DNA of 45,623 bases, counting the filler, from Sphacelaria rigidula (Eukaryota), in the NCBI GenBank assembly GCA_964200075.2. It is 2 parts of 2 records of this genome, joined end to end, with 100 filler letters (N's around TTAATTAATTAA, not from the genome) between each part and the next. Parts side by side here need not be neighbours in the genome. Positions count along the whole stretch, not along the records: positions 1 to 22,764 come from CAXNAA020000311.1; positions 22,865 to 45,623 come from CAXNAA020000312.1. The stretch is one strand, 5' to 3'. The notes beneath the pieces are model-generated. The model worked only from the letters and a program-made list of their open reading frames with translations, made no database searches and was not told the origin of the DNA. Shown piece after piece: positions 11,524 to 23,663 of this stretch. Position numbers and translations under genes: made by a program. Each line of letters starts with the position of its first letter. Position 1 is the first letter of the stretch.

Positions 11524-13668
11524 GGGGAAGGGGCAGGGGGGCACATGTCCTACGCACGGATCTCGAACACCCCATTGTGGACTACCCTGTCGGAGCTGAA
11601 TATCCGGTGAAGTCTCTGTTGCGCGTCCTGCCTCCTCTCCTGTCTATGTTCCTTCGAGAACAGTGCTTTCTATTGTAGAAAAATCACATACCGGCGCTTC
11701 GGCGACGAGGTTCGCCCGAAAAGGTCGGGGAGCAGATCGTGCCCACTCGGACAGACTAGCCGTAATCTCCGAGAGGATTCCAGCGCATCTACTCGACTTC
11801 TCACCTCCCCAGTTCAGCTTTTCGCCTGGTCAAGCGATGTTTCCCGCAGAACAGGAATGGTAGCATTTCTGTGGGCTTCTCTGACGTTTTGCCGGTTGAA
11901 CAAGCTCTTACACAAACCAAGAACGATAGCGTTTCTGTGAGCTTCCCCAAGGATTCCGGAAAAGCTGGAAGTTTTTTTTTTCATTTTGTATTGTCGTAGC
12001 GCTTGACATGCGCAGCTCATTCGCGAGTGCTACCCCCTCCGTCTCCACAAGGTTTGGCATACTAAACCGCACATATCGCGCGCACATGAGCTGGATCGCG
12101 CTGTACGCGCTATCTGTATTGTACTGATCAGTTTGTAGTGACTGTGTAAAGTACAAATCACATCACGAGGGCAACCAGCATCGTCTGGAGGCAGGACTAG
12201 GTCCGAGCAGCATGAGATTCAGCATGAACAATGGTGCCCACACAAGAGTACACCGTACCCTTCATCGCGTGCGATGGCGTTGCTATGTTGCAAGCGATCC
12301 GTGCTCTCTTGCTGTCCCCATCTTTTTCTCAATGCATATGTTCCTTCCTACCGGTGTATGCAAGGGCACTTTGGTGCCTCGCTTCCCCAGGGTCGATGGA
12401 TGCGAGAAACACACCCGTAAGAGTGAGGTCGTAGTCGATGACCCACAATCGGTTTCCACGTCTTTCGTTTTTCTACGATTGATTGGGTGTTAGTGTAGCT
12501 TCGGCGGAAGACCTTTTCCACCGATCCATGTGACGGAGGTCGATCACTTCTAGTTTTCTTTCCTTTTTTTTCTCTTCATTTCTCAGTCTAGTGTATTTGT
12601 CTGTTGTACCTTTTCTGTGTTTTTTCACTTGTCCTCAGCGAGTGTTTAACTTTTGCTCTGTCCCGGATACGTCGATCATATAGTGTGGATAATGACCACG
12701 ACTAGATCCCTGTAGGAACAGCTAAGTGCGGCAATGAATCGATCCATCTATCAATCGATCATAGCGTTTGCGTTCATTTTTCATGGTAAAATGTCAGCAT
12801 AATCTAACGCAATTGTCAGGCCCCTTCTGCCTCTCACCGCATACCGCGTTTTCCACCTGAAAACAGTTTAAACGGAACCCCGATGCCGAGATGGGAAAAC
12901 GCTTTGATAGCACTTATCGGGGAGTACGGTGCGTAACCTTGGGGGTTTGTCTTTCTCTGTGCTTTTCAACCTCCTGAGTTGCAGTATTTGAAAGGAGCTC
13001 GGCGGACAGGCGAACATAGCTTTTTACAGACTGATACTGTATGTCTTGAGAACAGAGTAGTGTTCACCGAGTGGTTTTCGGTAGAGCAAATCCAAGCCCA
13101 TTCGGATACTGCAAGGCATTCATCGCCATAGATCGATTGCTGTCGACTGGCACCACTGCACTTTTGCCCGGTCGCAAGTTGTACTACTGAAACGCTTTCG
13201 CAACAAGACAGGGCCTAAATCATGGCAATATTGGCATCTTAGATCGTTTTGTGAGGGGGCGGGGTGATAAGGTCATAGTAGTACCGTATGTATGGCTTGT
13301 GCGAGAAGCTGACGAGTCATGTCGTACACATACTTGCTGTCTCGTTCAAATTTGGGATTGGTAACAAAGTAGTCTGCTTGAAATATTTGGCACAGGACTA
13401 CAACGACGAGAGCCAGACCAGAACAGCAACGTGAAGGGCTGGAAGCAGCCACCGATCGACACACTATTGTACCACATAATATCCTCCCCTACCCTCCTCC
13501 CTCCGCGCGCCGAAAAAAACGACCGAATCAGAAAACGGCAAATTCTCGTATTTGTCCCGTGAGTTATGATCTGCGATTCCCGTAGTTATCGGGTTTTGAC
13601 TTTTCATATTTGTTTATCCACACTCTTTCCCCCTTGTGATTTCGTTCCTGAATGATTGATGGCCCCAG

Positions 13669-16600
13669 GCGGGGTACCGCACGCTGAGAAGACGGCGAGG
13701 ATCGGCATCTAGTATAAAGCACAGGCGAGTCTGGGCCGCTTTCAATACTCGAATATGTCGACAGAGGACGCTGATGAAACGACAAGAGCAGGCGTGGCGA
13801 AGGGAAGTCCGAGGGAGAGACGCGGCTGGTGCTGTCAGGTAGGGATGCTCCCAAGGCATGAACAAGGGAGCGTACTGGTACGGTATCTAGTGTCTCATCG
13901 TGCCGATAATTGCCACCGATATCGCCGCATCAACGATATTGGCTATGAAACACCAGTGTTGCGCCTGGGTAATATTCACGTTTTTTACCACCCTTGGCAG
14001 ACCGATAGAGCGCTAAATCTCCCATATGTTGCCCTTCAACTATAGTCCGTGGCCATGGCTACCGTCTGCGAGAGCTCTGGCTCGATTTTACCTATCGCAG
14101 CGCACAAACTAGCGATCGATATGTCTCAACCGTTGCCAAAAAAGATACCGGTACCAAAGTGTGCAATCGCGTTGGTCCATTTCCGCAAGCCTCACAAGTA
14201 TACCGCCCGTACGGTACATGCTGCTATTCGCGTATCACCCGTAAATCATGAACCAGAAGACGTGTCATGCACCCTGTACCGTTTTATTTTTTCAATCATC
14301 AGTCAGCGTAAATGTTTACGTTTTATTTCTTCAGTCATGTATTGACATATACGTACCTGGATCATTGACGTTAAGTGAAGAATAAGACCGGAAACGCAAA
14401 AAAAAAACAGGAAAGCAAGGAGACTGGCGGAAAGGGTGTGTGCCCGAGAAACAGGTCGGCAAGCACAAAGACCGGCTGCGACGAGGCTGCGAGCATGGCG
14501 AAGGGGAGTGGTGACCCGGACGGCGTTGGTTGCTGCGGTAACGGTGAGGGGGCTGGCCTCTTTGCGGGGTAGGAGGCGTTTGCGTGAGGTGAGCACACCT
14601 CGTTATGTCCACCATAACTTTCAGAGTTATTTATGTTCACATAGAGTCTTGGGGAGTTTGGTTGGTGTTGGTATCATCGTTCTTATTCCAAGGTGACTGC
14701 GCTGGAGAGAGCTATCATGCAAGGCAGGCGGGAGTTGGAAGAAAAGCAAAGCTCGGTGGAGATCGACGGGCTGCGGTGTTCCAATGCTTGAAAGTTGTTG
14801 GTGGTTAGTGGTCAGGCGGGTACCGGGGGGAGAAGGGCTGGTTGGTTGCTCGAGGCGACGGACTGGTCCCGACGAGAACAGAGAAGAGGAGCAGAGGGCG
14901 GGGGTTGTAAGTATGGCGAAGAGAACGAGTTAATAGAAAACCGAGAAGTACCGATCATATATATGCATGACCATGTCCTGACCTTTTCTGCGATGTTCTC
15001 TTCGCTTGGCTTCACTCTACTCCCTTTTGTGGTTGTTCATCTCTGCTGCTATTTTCAATTTTCGATCATGGCGTGTTGCTGCCATTTCCCACTGTGTCAA
15101 CGTTTCGGTCGCCCATGTTCTCTTCCCTGGACATGTGCTTGCATTGTCTTTGTGCGTGTGATTTCGTTTGCTCACCGCGTCTTGTTTATTATACTTTGCT
15201 TTTCGCTTTTGGGCGTGCTTGCGTGCCGTGTGTCTGTGTGTCTGTGTGTATCTTATGCAGGATGCTCGTCAATCTGAGCTACCGTTCCTATGCCGCCAAT
15301 TTGACCAGATAGATCATCAACACGTCCGGGGATTCCTGTCGCACTCCGTAGTCACCTCTTCCACATCCTTATCGACGTCACGAGCAATGGCTGATCATTC
15401 GCCGGAGTGTATCGGACCGGGAGTTTGGCCTGCCTCGGACTCGAAGAGCGGGGCCGGTTTTGGAAGCAGTGACGACGGGCACGGATGGTCTTCAGTAACA
15501 AGGTACGTCAAAGAGTATCGGTCACGATGTCGATCAGATCAGTTTTACTGCGTCACGGTATCTTGCCTCACGGTACGTAGACGTTCGTCTTATGGAAAAG
15601 GATGAGTGTTTGGTGTGTGCGTGGGTCATTTTTTCGCACTTCATCCGTGAACGGATCAATCAATAGTTTTCACGGATGGTCATTTGTAGCAAGTCAGTTC
15701 GAGGAACGTCGGTCACGATGTCCACCCGCTACACTACGGTACGGTACCTGCGTCGCGTTACTTTACGTTACGGTACGTTACACTGCGTGGACAGTTGTCG
15801 CCTTAAGAAGTGCCAAGCGTTGTTTTCTTGCCTAGATGTTTTCGTGGAAGAATGAACGAATGAATAGTCAACATGTTGAGTCATTGTCCATTGTGTCACG
15901 AGAGTATCGTCATACTCCGAGGAGAGGCATAGCGCACGAGCGCTGTCCATGTGCTGACGTCTCACCCGTGCTAACCTGTGCTTCACGCGAGAACGAACGA
16001 ACAAACACATAACCTCGCCCCAGCGGGTCACCCGTGTGACCCCCCAGGCCACCACAAGCACGCCTTGGGGGTGGTAGGGGTAGTGACAGTGGACAATAGT
16101 TATACAACACAGTTCTTGTGAACGATATTACCCCAATCATTTTATCTTTTGCTTGCTCGCCACTGTTGCACAAGAACAGCTCAGCCGAAGCAGTGTCCAT
16201 CAAGTATCGGAGACCGCGGATGAGGGAAGGGCAGAGGGAACGCGCCAAGTTTGCGAATGAAGTCTTGCGTCTGAGACGCGCCGCATGCACCGTGTACAAA
16301 GCTGACGAGAGCGTTTGGCGCTCAAAGCTGGCAACGAGGAGCAAGGTCAGGTTAGGAAGGAGCTGGCCGCGAAGGAGGAGGTGTGTTTGTACATTGTACG
16401 TTGTAGTGAAGCATCTTCTCCCTGCCCTGCATCTATCGTATTTTTTCAGATTGTTGTGAGCATCTTTAATGATGTCACATATCCCCCCCACCCTACCTTT
16501 CCAAGGCTCCGCACCCACCCCCCCCTGCCCCCCCCCCCCCCTCCCCCACTACTCCCCTTGTGCCCCCTGCGGTTAACCCCTTCGACCAATTGTCCGTTCG

Positions 16601-18437
16601 ACGATACTTGGTGCATGCGTCACCCTCATGAAGGTTTCCATATCGTGTGCCATGATTATTCGTCTCTGTATCTCGTGTCTTTCGTCCGCAGACTCGTCGT
16701 CTACGTTTCGAATAGGGCAAGAGCAGAAGGCGGCCGTTTTCCTTGTGCGATGATGTCGCCAGGTGAGATGTGTGACACGGGTTGTTTACAACAGCAGGTG
16801 GGCGGGGGCGGGGTTCTGTGTGTGTGTGTGTTCTGTTCTCTCGATATTCTCCTTGTGCCCTCACGTACGATGGCCCACCCTCTTTTGTCAAAATCGGGGT
16901 TTCGGCGTTTTGCACATGTACTGTACTTCACACAGACATCGTAATCAGGGTTAGTCTCTGGTCATCGCCGTCGGAGGACTACGTGGTGAGCACGTGCAGC
17001 GTTTTGGTCTTGGCTCCTGGCTCTTAGCACACCGAGCTCAGTGTACAGCAGGCATGAAGCCGGTTCCTCGCACCGAGTTAGTCGAAACAAGAGCTTCACA
17101 GACCGTCATAGGAGGTTTCGTACAACGGCAGACTAACGTCGGTATATTTGATTGTTGTGGTATGGTCTGGTCTGCCTTGTCGTTCTGTACGTGTAATTTT
17201 TTCTCTTTTCCAAGACCTGGCGTCACGGATGCTCTTTTCCGCTTGCTTCCTCTTCTCCCTTCCCTTCTGGTCCTCGTGTTTTCTTTTTCCTTGGAAATAC
17301 TGAGATGAACTTGCGTGTCGTTCGCCTTGAGGCGATGAAACTGAAAGGGGGGGGGAGGGGGCACTTTGGGCCGTTTGACAGAGCCAAATTGATCTGACCC
17401 GCAGAACGCTCTAGCATCTTGCTGGGTCATTTCTGGGTAAGCACCGTTGGATACGCTCATGTACTGTATATAATAGGTTCTTCTTCTCCTTTCTTCTTGA
17501 GCGCTTGAGCACACATGTCACTGTTTACTCACCTACTTTCTGCTTGTCATGATCTATTCCCCCCTGCGATCTCCCGCCGCGCCTGCCGTTGTGGTGGACC
17601 AGCTATTGTTCTTGCAGGGAGGAGCAGATATAGGACGACGAGGAGGGAGGGGCCGAAAACCAGAACGCCAGACAGTCCCGCGGATCTCTGAAGGTGATCG
17701 ATTCATACCATTTGCTTGCATCCATCCACCGCCTTTCGTTTTCAGGGCGATGCGCCTCGTGAGATGATCCACCTGGTTTGTTTGGATTTGTCTCTCATCA
17801 ACTGCGTCTTTTTTCGTGGGCGTGGGCGTGGGCATTAGAGAAGGACAGAGCAGGGTACTTGTCAGCCGACGTCTCCATTTAACGTAAAATACTTGGTGCA
17901 GCAGGTACCCTGAGGCTCCTCCAGGGTACCAATCAGGGTACCTACCTGAGGGATGGTACCCTGCATTTTTATCATGCTCGGTGTGTTTCGGTTATGATCG
18001 CTGTTCACTCTCCACCTAGACAGTCGAGTAGGTAGATGGCAATATTGAACGGTGGCGATGGGGATGGTGATGGCAGTTTCGGAATATATTCCGAGCCTCA
18101 AAAAGAGGACGACGACTTCTCGCTTCGTGTAGTAGGGCTTCTTGTCGAACGGCAGAGGGGGTGGTGTATGCAGTAGCCAATCATTCAGCGTTATATTTTT
18201 GTTGAGCATGATTAGATCGTTTCATCTGAAATATGTGACCCATTCTGAACGTAACTTACTGCCTTTTGGTATTGAATATCGCACGTATACGTGAACATGA
18301 AAAGGCTGAGTCGGAGAGAGGCCCATGCCCAGAGGCGCGGGGGTTAGAATGCGCTTTGGGTGTGGTGAAGGCGCTCCTTGCTGTGGGGGAGGCTCAGGCG
18401 GTGAGGGCTAAGCAGCTCGCACGCGCAGGCACTGGCG
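13669..18437 (+). pseudogene. Cluster of unidentified exon-like relics, several coiled-coil-like (13669-13838, from 14693, 15261-15502, 16180-16380, 17618-17693, 18305-18437)
   Basis: Each is a purine/GC-rich block after an AG, usually behind a pyrimidine tract, and most end at a GT donor. Translations include VTALERAIMQGRRELEEKQ, RERAKFANEVLRLRR..VRKELAAKEE and LECALGVVKALLAVGEAQAVRAKQLA. Some carry stops or frameshifts. No family recognised. Confidence 0.4.
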
Positions 18438-20249
18438 GTGAGTTGCGAAGCGAGACACATTGGTTGGTTGAGAGGTGGCTTGTCTGGACGATCGGTTGAC
18501 CGGTCAGTTGATTGAGATGTTGAATGTAGGTTACTGGATCTGCCGACTCCAGTCGTAATATTTTCACCTGTCACACATCCGTACCTGTATTTGTTTTCAT
18601 CAATTGACTTGTTTCGTTAAAATCAAGTGCTCCAGGTGGAACCGAGTTGTGGTTTAGATATGAATAACGAAACACTCCATTCGAAAATACTCTGAGTGCG
18701 GTACTACTCGCACAGTACTGTTGTGTAGGGAACGTGGGTGCTTCGCTGCTCTATAATATCTTGCATTGTGCTTTGCTGTACTTTGTACTACACTGTATTT
18801 CACCGCTACAGTACACAGTACCCTGTAACGCACAGCAACGCACTACAATGCAGGATGTTGTTTTGCACTCCCATTCGGTACTCCCCTCACGGGCACGGTC
18901 TGATTATTCATAACATGAGACTGCACACACCATGTACGTACCTGCCACGATTACTGAGTACCAAGCGTCATACAAGTTACTCAACGTCAATGTTCGAATG
19001 ACCCCATTCACATGAAACCTGCTGCGCACGGAAATCATTCCGAACGGGCAGCTGGAAGGACTACATAGGTCACCAACACTGAATGAAAGCTCAATATGCA
19101 AACCACCGACAGATACAATGATGCCAACAAGCTAGCTTGCATACAGTTCTGCAAGAATCAGGCATCTGAATTTTGCGGTATGTTTTGTTTGAAAAAATGT
19201 ATAGCGGTCTCAACCCCCCCGCCGCTTGCTCTTCATGGGTTGGTTGTGTCGAAAGATTGATCAACCCATTTCTGCCCGGGTATCTACCTGACACTTCAAT
19301 ATCGAGATATCGAGCATTGAATCAGCGCTCCCGTGACTGATGTCGTTGACCATACAACAGTAGTGCCGGGCTGTACCGGAACATCGATCGACGCCAACAT
19401 GTAATCCTCCTCCGTGGGATGATGTTGCTTGGAAAATGACCCATATTTTCTTCTAGAGTTGAAGAGAGAGTCGTGGGGGAAGTGGATCTTCCAAGGAAAA
19501 TAACTGTGATACTGTTCCCCTAGTCTCCCGTTGAAATGGTTCAGTGCGTGCAAAAGCTCTTTTGCGCTATTGACGGCGAATGTGACCTCCTCCTCGCCCC
19601 CAACCTCCGCACCCTACAGTATTTTTGGCTGCTCGACCATCGTACCTCGTCTATCTCGCGCAGTAACACTGTGCACACAGTACTCGGCATGTTTCGTATT
19701 GTGTTGTCCGAAAGCATGTAGAGGAGATTCGGTGAGGGTCAAAGACGAAGTCAAGAAAGCTAAGGGATTGCGGGGAGTGCTCATCGAATGCTTTTGGTAT
19801 GAAGCTGGCGGCAAGTGCCGCGGGGGAGAGGGGGGTAGGGGTAGGCCTTTAACACAGTGGTGGGACACTTTCGACACACTTAGTACGATATATGACAGGT
19901 GCATACCCATGTAACCAAAATATGACGATTATGAAGATGCGAAAAATATATTCGAGGTATGCTACGGCGCGAAATAACCTTCAGGTCCATGCAACCAAAA
20001 GATGACCATAAAAAATGTCAAGAGGAATGTTGGCGGTATGCAAAAACGCCAAATGAATCTTGGATGTCTGGGTGACTGTGACTGGCAAGTACCTTATTTA
20101 CTTGCATGGATTATCTCGACGGCATTTTCTTGGGACATTTACCGACAGGTATGGGTTCTCGCGGCAAACGTTTTAGAATATCCACTGCAGAAGTATCCTT
20201 ACACAAAAATCAAGTCACGTGTGCTTGTCGCTGTCATTGGTACGAATGC

Positions 20250-20645
20250 CGCCGTGGCCCGGTGATTGAATGGTACAAGGGAAATAAAAGTTATCATCCA
20301 GGAGAATGCGGGTTCGATTTCCAGCAGGTGCGTTTGCTCTCTTTCTTCCGAGAAAATTCTGATCTCCGTTGCTGAAAAAATGAAGACTTAGGTAGCAAAA
20401 ACGGTCTATTTGACGGGCGTCGACGCGGTACTGAAGTGCTGGGCCAACTCGTGATACGAAATTGTAAAGCCTGTTCCGGGGGAGAGTGAGAGAGATAGCT
20501 TGATCCCTCCAGACCACGGACTCGTCCCGACGAAATGAAGGTGTTGAAAGTGTGCCGCCCCCCTCCCCCTGTCCAAGGAAATGAACTATAGGTAACGATT
20601 TCTCGGCAGATACTAGACCTCGACACTTAGGGCTCGTCCCGAGGA
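20250..20645 (+). mobile_element. tRNA-derived SINE
   Basis: Head GCCCGGTGATTGAATGG...GCGGGTTCGATTTCC. The body motif ACGGACTCGTCCCGA..GAAAGTGTG is shared with the 24546 copy. The 3' end is approximate. Confidence 0.6.
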
Positions 20646-21454
20646 AAGCGGCGGAGGGGTCAAGTTGACTCTTTCAGCACCCGCGGATATACATCGAAAT
20701 TTGACGCCTTTTAAGTGAATGTGGTGGTCATTCAATAGATTCATACGTCCGGGTGGTCAAAGGATCATGACTGAAGTGTCGCCGAGAAAGAAAGCAACCC
20801 TGGCAACTGAACCCTACCACCACCACCCTTCAACCCCGTCGTTGCACCGTGTTGTTCGCCGGTGTTCGGCTCGGTTCTGCAGGTAACCCGCAAGATGCAG
20901 CGTCTAGCATGGAATACGGCGTAGTGGTAGCTCTGCTGACCACCGCTGTGGACGTGGATGTTTCACAAGCTTCCGCATCCATCGTCTGAGTCGAGAAGTT
21001 CAGAGTGTAGAGGTGGTGATTAGAGGCGGATGTCCTACGACATACCAGTCATTTTGGGACATGGTGAAGAAAATGTAGGAGACGAAGGGTATATTGGAAA
21101 CCATGCTTTTTGTGTACTGTGCGCATGTAGATATTGTTTGCATCTCTACTTGGTAGGGTCGAGGTGGAAACAAGTTGGGCGTTTGGTTGTGTGATGACGT
21201 TGATGGACGTCGAATCAGTTGGGTATATGTCACAATAATTGTCGGACGCGGTACTTGACCTGACCCCACACGCACATCCCGTACGAGCGTCAGCTTATGA
21301 TATAGTTGAAATATTTTATACTTGCGTTCGAAGACAGCTTAACATTGTGTGAGTTCAACCCTGCACGGTGGACCTACACGTATGGAAACAAGTTGGAACG
21401 GTAATGTAGTTGGAATTAGATCATTTAGCAGTGGGAGAGCTTGCTTATAGAGAA

Positions 21455-22716
21455 AACCGAGCTTGGGATTTGCTTTCGCCCTGTGTGTCATACCTGATAT
21501 ATCACCCATGGTATGCCTAGTGGCAGGGGAAATCTGCGCAGGACGAAGGTGGGAAAAGGGGAGGGCTTGTACGTGAATGCAGTCGTGCTTGGGATTTACT
21601 TTAGCCCTGGGTGTTGTACTACGTATACTACGTATATCACCTACGGTATGCCTCGTGGCAGGGGAGATCGGTGTAGGAGGAGGGTGGAAAGGGGGGAGGG
21701 CTTGTGTGTGAATGCAGTCGAGCTTGGGATTTATGCTCGATTGGGTATGAACGAGGGGGGCACGGCTTGTATGGAATGGTGTTGAGTTCGAGATTTCATG
21801 CAACCCTTCATGGTGCGTATGTGTGGGAGGAAGGGCGAGGGACGGACAGAGCTTGCTTGTGGGTGAAGTTGAGGTTGGAAGCTCTTGTCGCCGTCGGTGG
21901 TATACGTGTGGGAGTGGGGGGCGATGAGTGAGTGGGCTCGCTTGTGGAGCAAGTCGAGTTCGGGATTTGATGTCGCCCTCGACGGTGTACTCCGTAGATC
22001 ACCTGTGGTATGGCTTGTGATTGGTTGTTTCTCCGTAGGAATGGACGGGAGCCGGGGGTGGAGAGCTTGCCCGTTGATTTGGTCGATGTTGAGGTTCGTT
22101 GTCGCCTGGGGTGGTGCACGCGTGGGAGTGGGGGCGGAGAAGCGGCAGGACTTGTCTTGGATGGCCGCGCGTGAGAGAAGGGGCGGTAATAGGGAGCACG
22201 GCTTGTATGGAATGGAGTTGAGTTTGAGATTTGATGCAACCCTTAATGGTGTGTATGCATGGGAAGAAGGGCAGGAAAGGGACAGGGCTTGCCTGTGGGT
22301 TCAGTTGAGTTTGGGGGCCTATGTCGCCGTCGGTGGTATACTTGAGGGAGTGGGGGCCAGTAAGCGAAACGGCTTGCTTGTGGAGCAAGCTAATTTCGGC
22401 ACTCGATATCGCCCTGGATGATGTACTCCCTAGACCACCTGTAGTATGGCTCGCAGTAGGCGGTTTCTCCGTAGGAATAGGCGAGAACTGGGGGTGGAGG
22501 GCTTGACTATGGGCTAGGCAGATAGTGTGGTTCGTTGTCGCCCGGGGTGGTATACGCGTGGGAGTGGAGGCGGAGAAGCGACAGGAATTGTCGTCTTGGA
22601 TGGTCGCGCGTGAGAGAAGGGGCAGAAAGAGGGGGGCACGGCTTGTATGGAATGATGTTGAGTTCGAGATTTCATGCAACCCTTCATGGTGTGTATGTGT
22701 GGGAGGAAGGGCGAGG
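21455..22716. repeat. G-rich higher-order tandem repeat (minisatellite)
   Basis: GCACGGCTTGTATGGAATG recurs at 21760, 22196 and 22636 (period 436/440). GTCGCC..GGTGGT..GTGGGAGTGG recurs every ~215-220 bp. Related ~130-bp units lie at 21461, 21587 and 21722. Confidence 0.9.
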
Positions 22717-22722
22717 GGGGGG

Positions 22723-22764
22723 CGTACTCATTTGTTGCTTGCCTTAGTCATTTGACCATTGACC
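22723..22764 (-). mobile_element. LINE 3' end joined to a G-run of the minisatellite and cut by the assembly gap
   Basis: cgtactcatttgttgcttgccttagtcatttgaccattgacc is the exact reverse complement of 26048-26089. Confidence 0.85.
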
Positions 22765-22863
22765 NNNNNNNNNNNNNNNNNNNNNNNNNNNNNNNNNNNN
22801 NNNNNNNNTTAATTAATTAANNNNNNNNNNNNNNNNNNNNNNNNNNNNNNNNNNNNNNNNNNN
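22765..22863. other. Assembly gap with an artificial TTAATTAATTAA linker
   Basis: N runs flank a six-frame-stop palindrome. Confidence 0.95.
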
Positions 22864-23663
22864 NACAGGTCTAGTTTCAGTATCATCAGACGCCTGGTGT
22901 ACTGTGTTGGGGCGCCTAATCTCCAAAAATACCGCCTCCATAATATTGAAAAGGAGTAAAACTGTGAGTAAACATGGCAGCAGTGGGCTGTAGATTATGT
23001 GCAGTAGAAAGCGATGACACGGTGACTGTTTTATGCTGTTGCGTTCATCTGCTAAATAAAAAAGAGTCTGTATATACGGTACGGCGGCAGCAGCAGCAGC
23101 AGCACAAGTAGTAAGATGGTGAGAACGATTGAGATGACGTGAAATGCGTGCAAGATCAAAACATGCTCGAGGCTCACCCACACGGCTCCGCACCAAGACT
23201 GCGAAACATGACAAAAGAGTATGAATCCTGTTGGTATATATTACAGCCAACAGCAGTTGTAGCTGTCAGCATGCATCACTTGCATAGCATGAAAGTATGT
23301 ACGCGAACAGCTCAGCGAAGATATACATACATGCACTTGGCTTATGGGTCATATCCCGTCAAGGGTTCTGTGGCACTATTTTTTCTTCACACATGCTCAG
23401 TATTCACATGCTCATGTAGAAAAAACGTTTTTTCTTGAAAAAATAATACCTATATCTGTATCCCAAATATACCATACGTGCTTCTGAGGCGACCTGTAGG
23501 GGGGTCTGAGCAAAAAAGCGCAGCTGTTGCCCACATCACTTCGCCGACGTGAATCGCCCACGACTCCCGTAGCCGTGTCATATGTTTTGCCGTGTTGACC
23601 CCTGTTCGTGTTCTTATAATTTGTCGACCCCTCTGCACTCTCGTGCCTGGCGACACTGACCAG

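Noticed and set aside
12390-12451. AG/GT-bounded block VDGCEKHTRKSEVVVDDPQS as a further fimbrin CH2 exon
   Set aside because: The similarity to LGCRxFxTPxDVVxGNP is too weak, and the intervening exon was not found.
17900-17965. Cluster of four GGTACC palindromes
   Set aside because: Short, low-information local repeat with no supporting context.
21339-22755. Repetitive ORFs up to 226 aa on both strands, and a possible CRISPR-like periodicity
   Set aside because: They are products of a GC-rich tandem repeat. Frames are not kept between units, there are no unique spacers or cas genes, and the context is eukaryotic.
22809-22820. Perfect palindrome TTAATTAATTAA inside N runs
   Set aside because: It is an artificial six-frame-stop scaffold linker, not biological.
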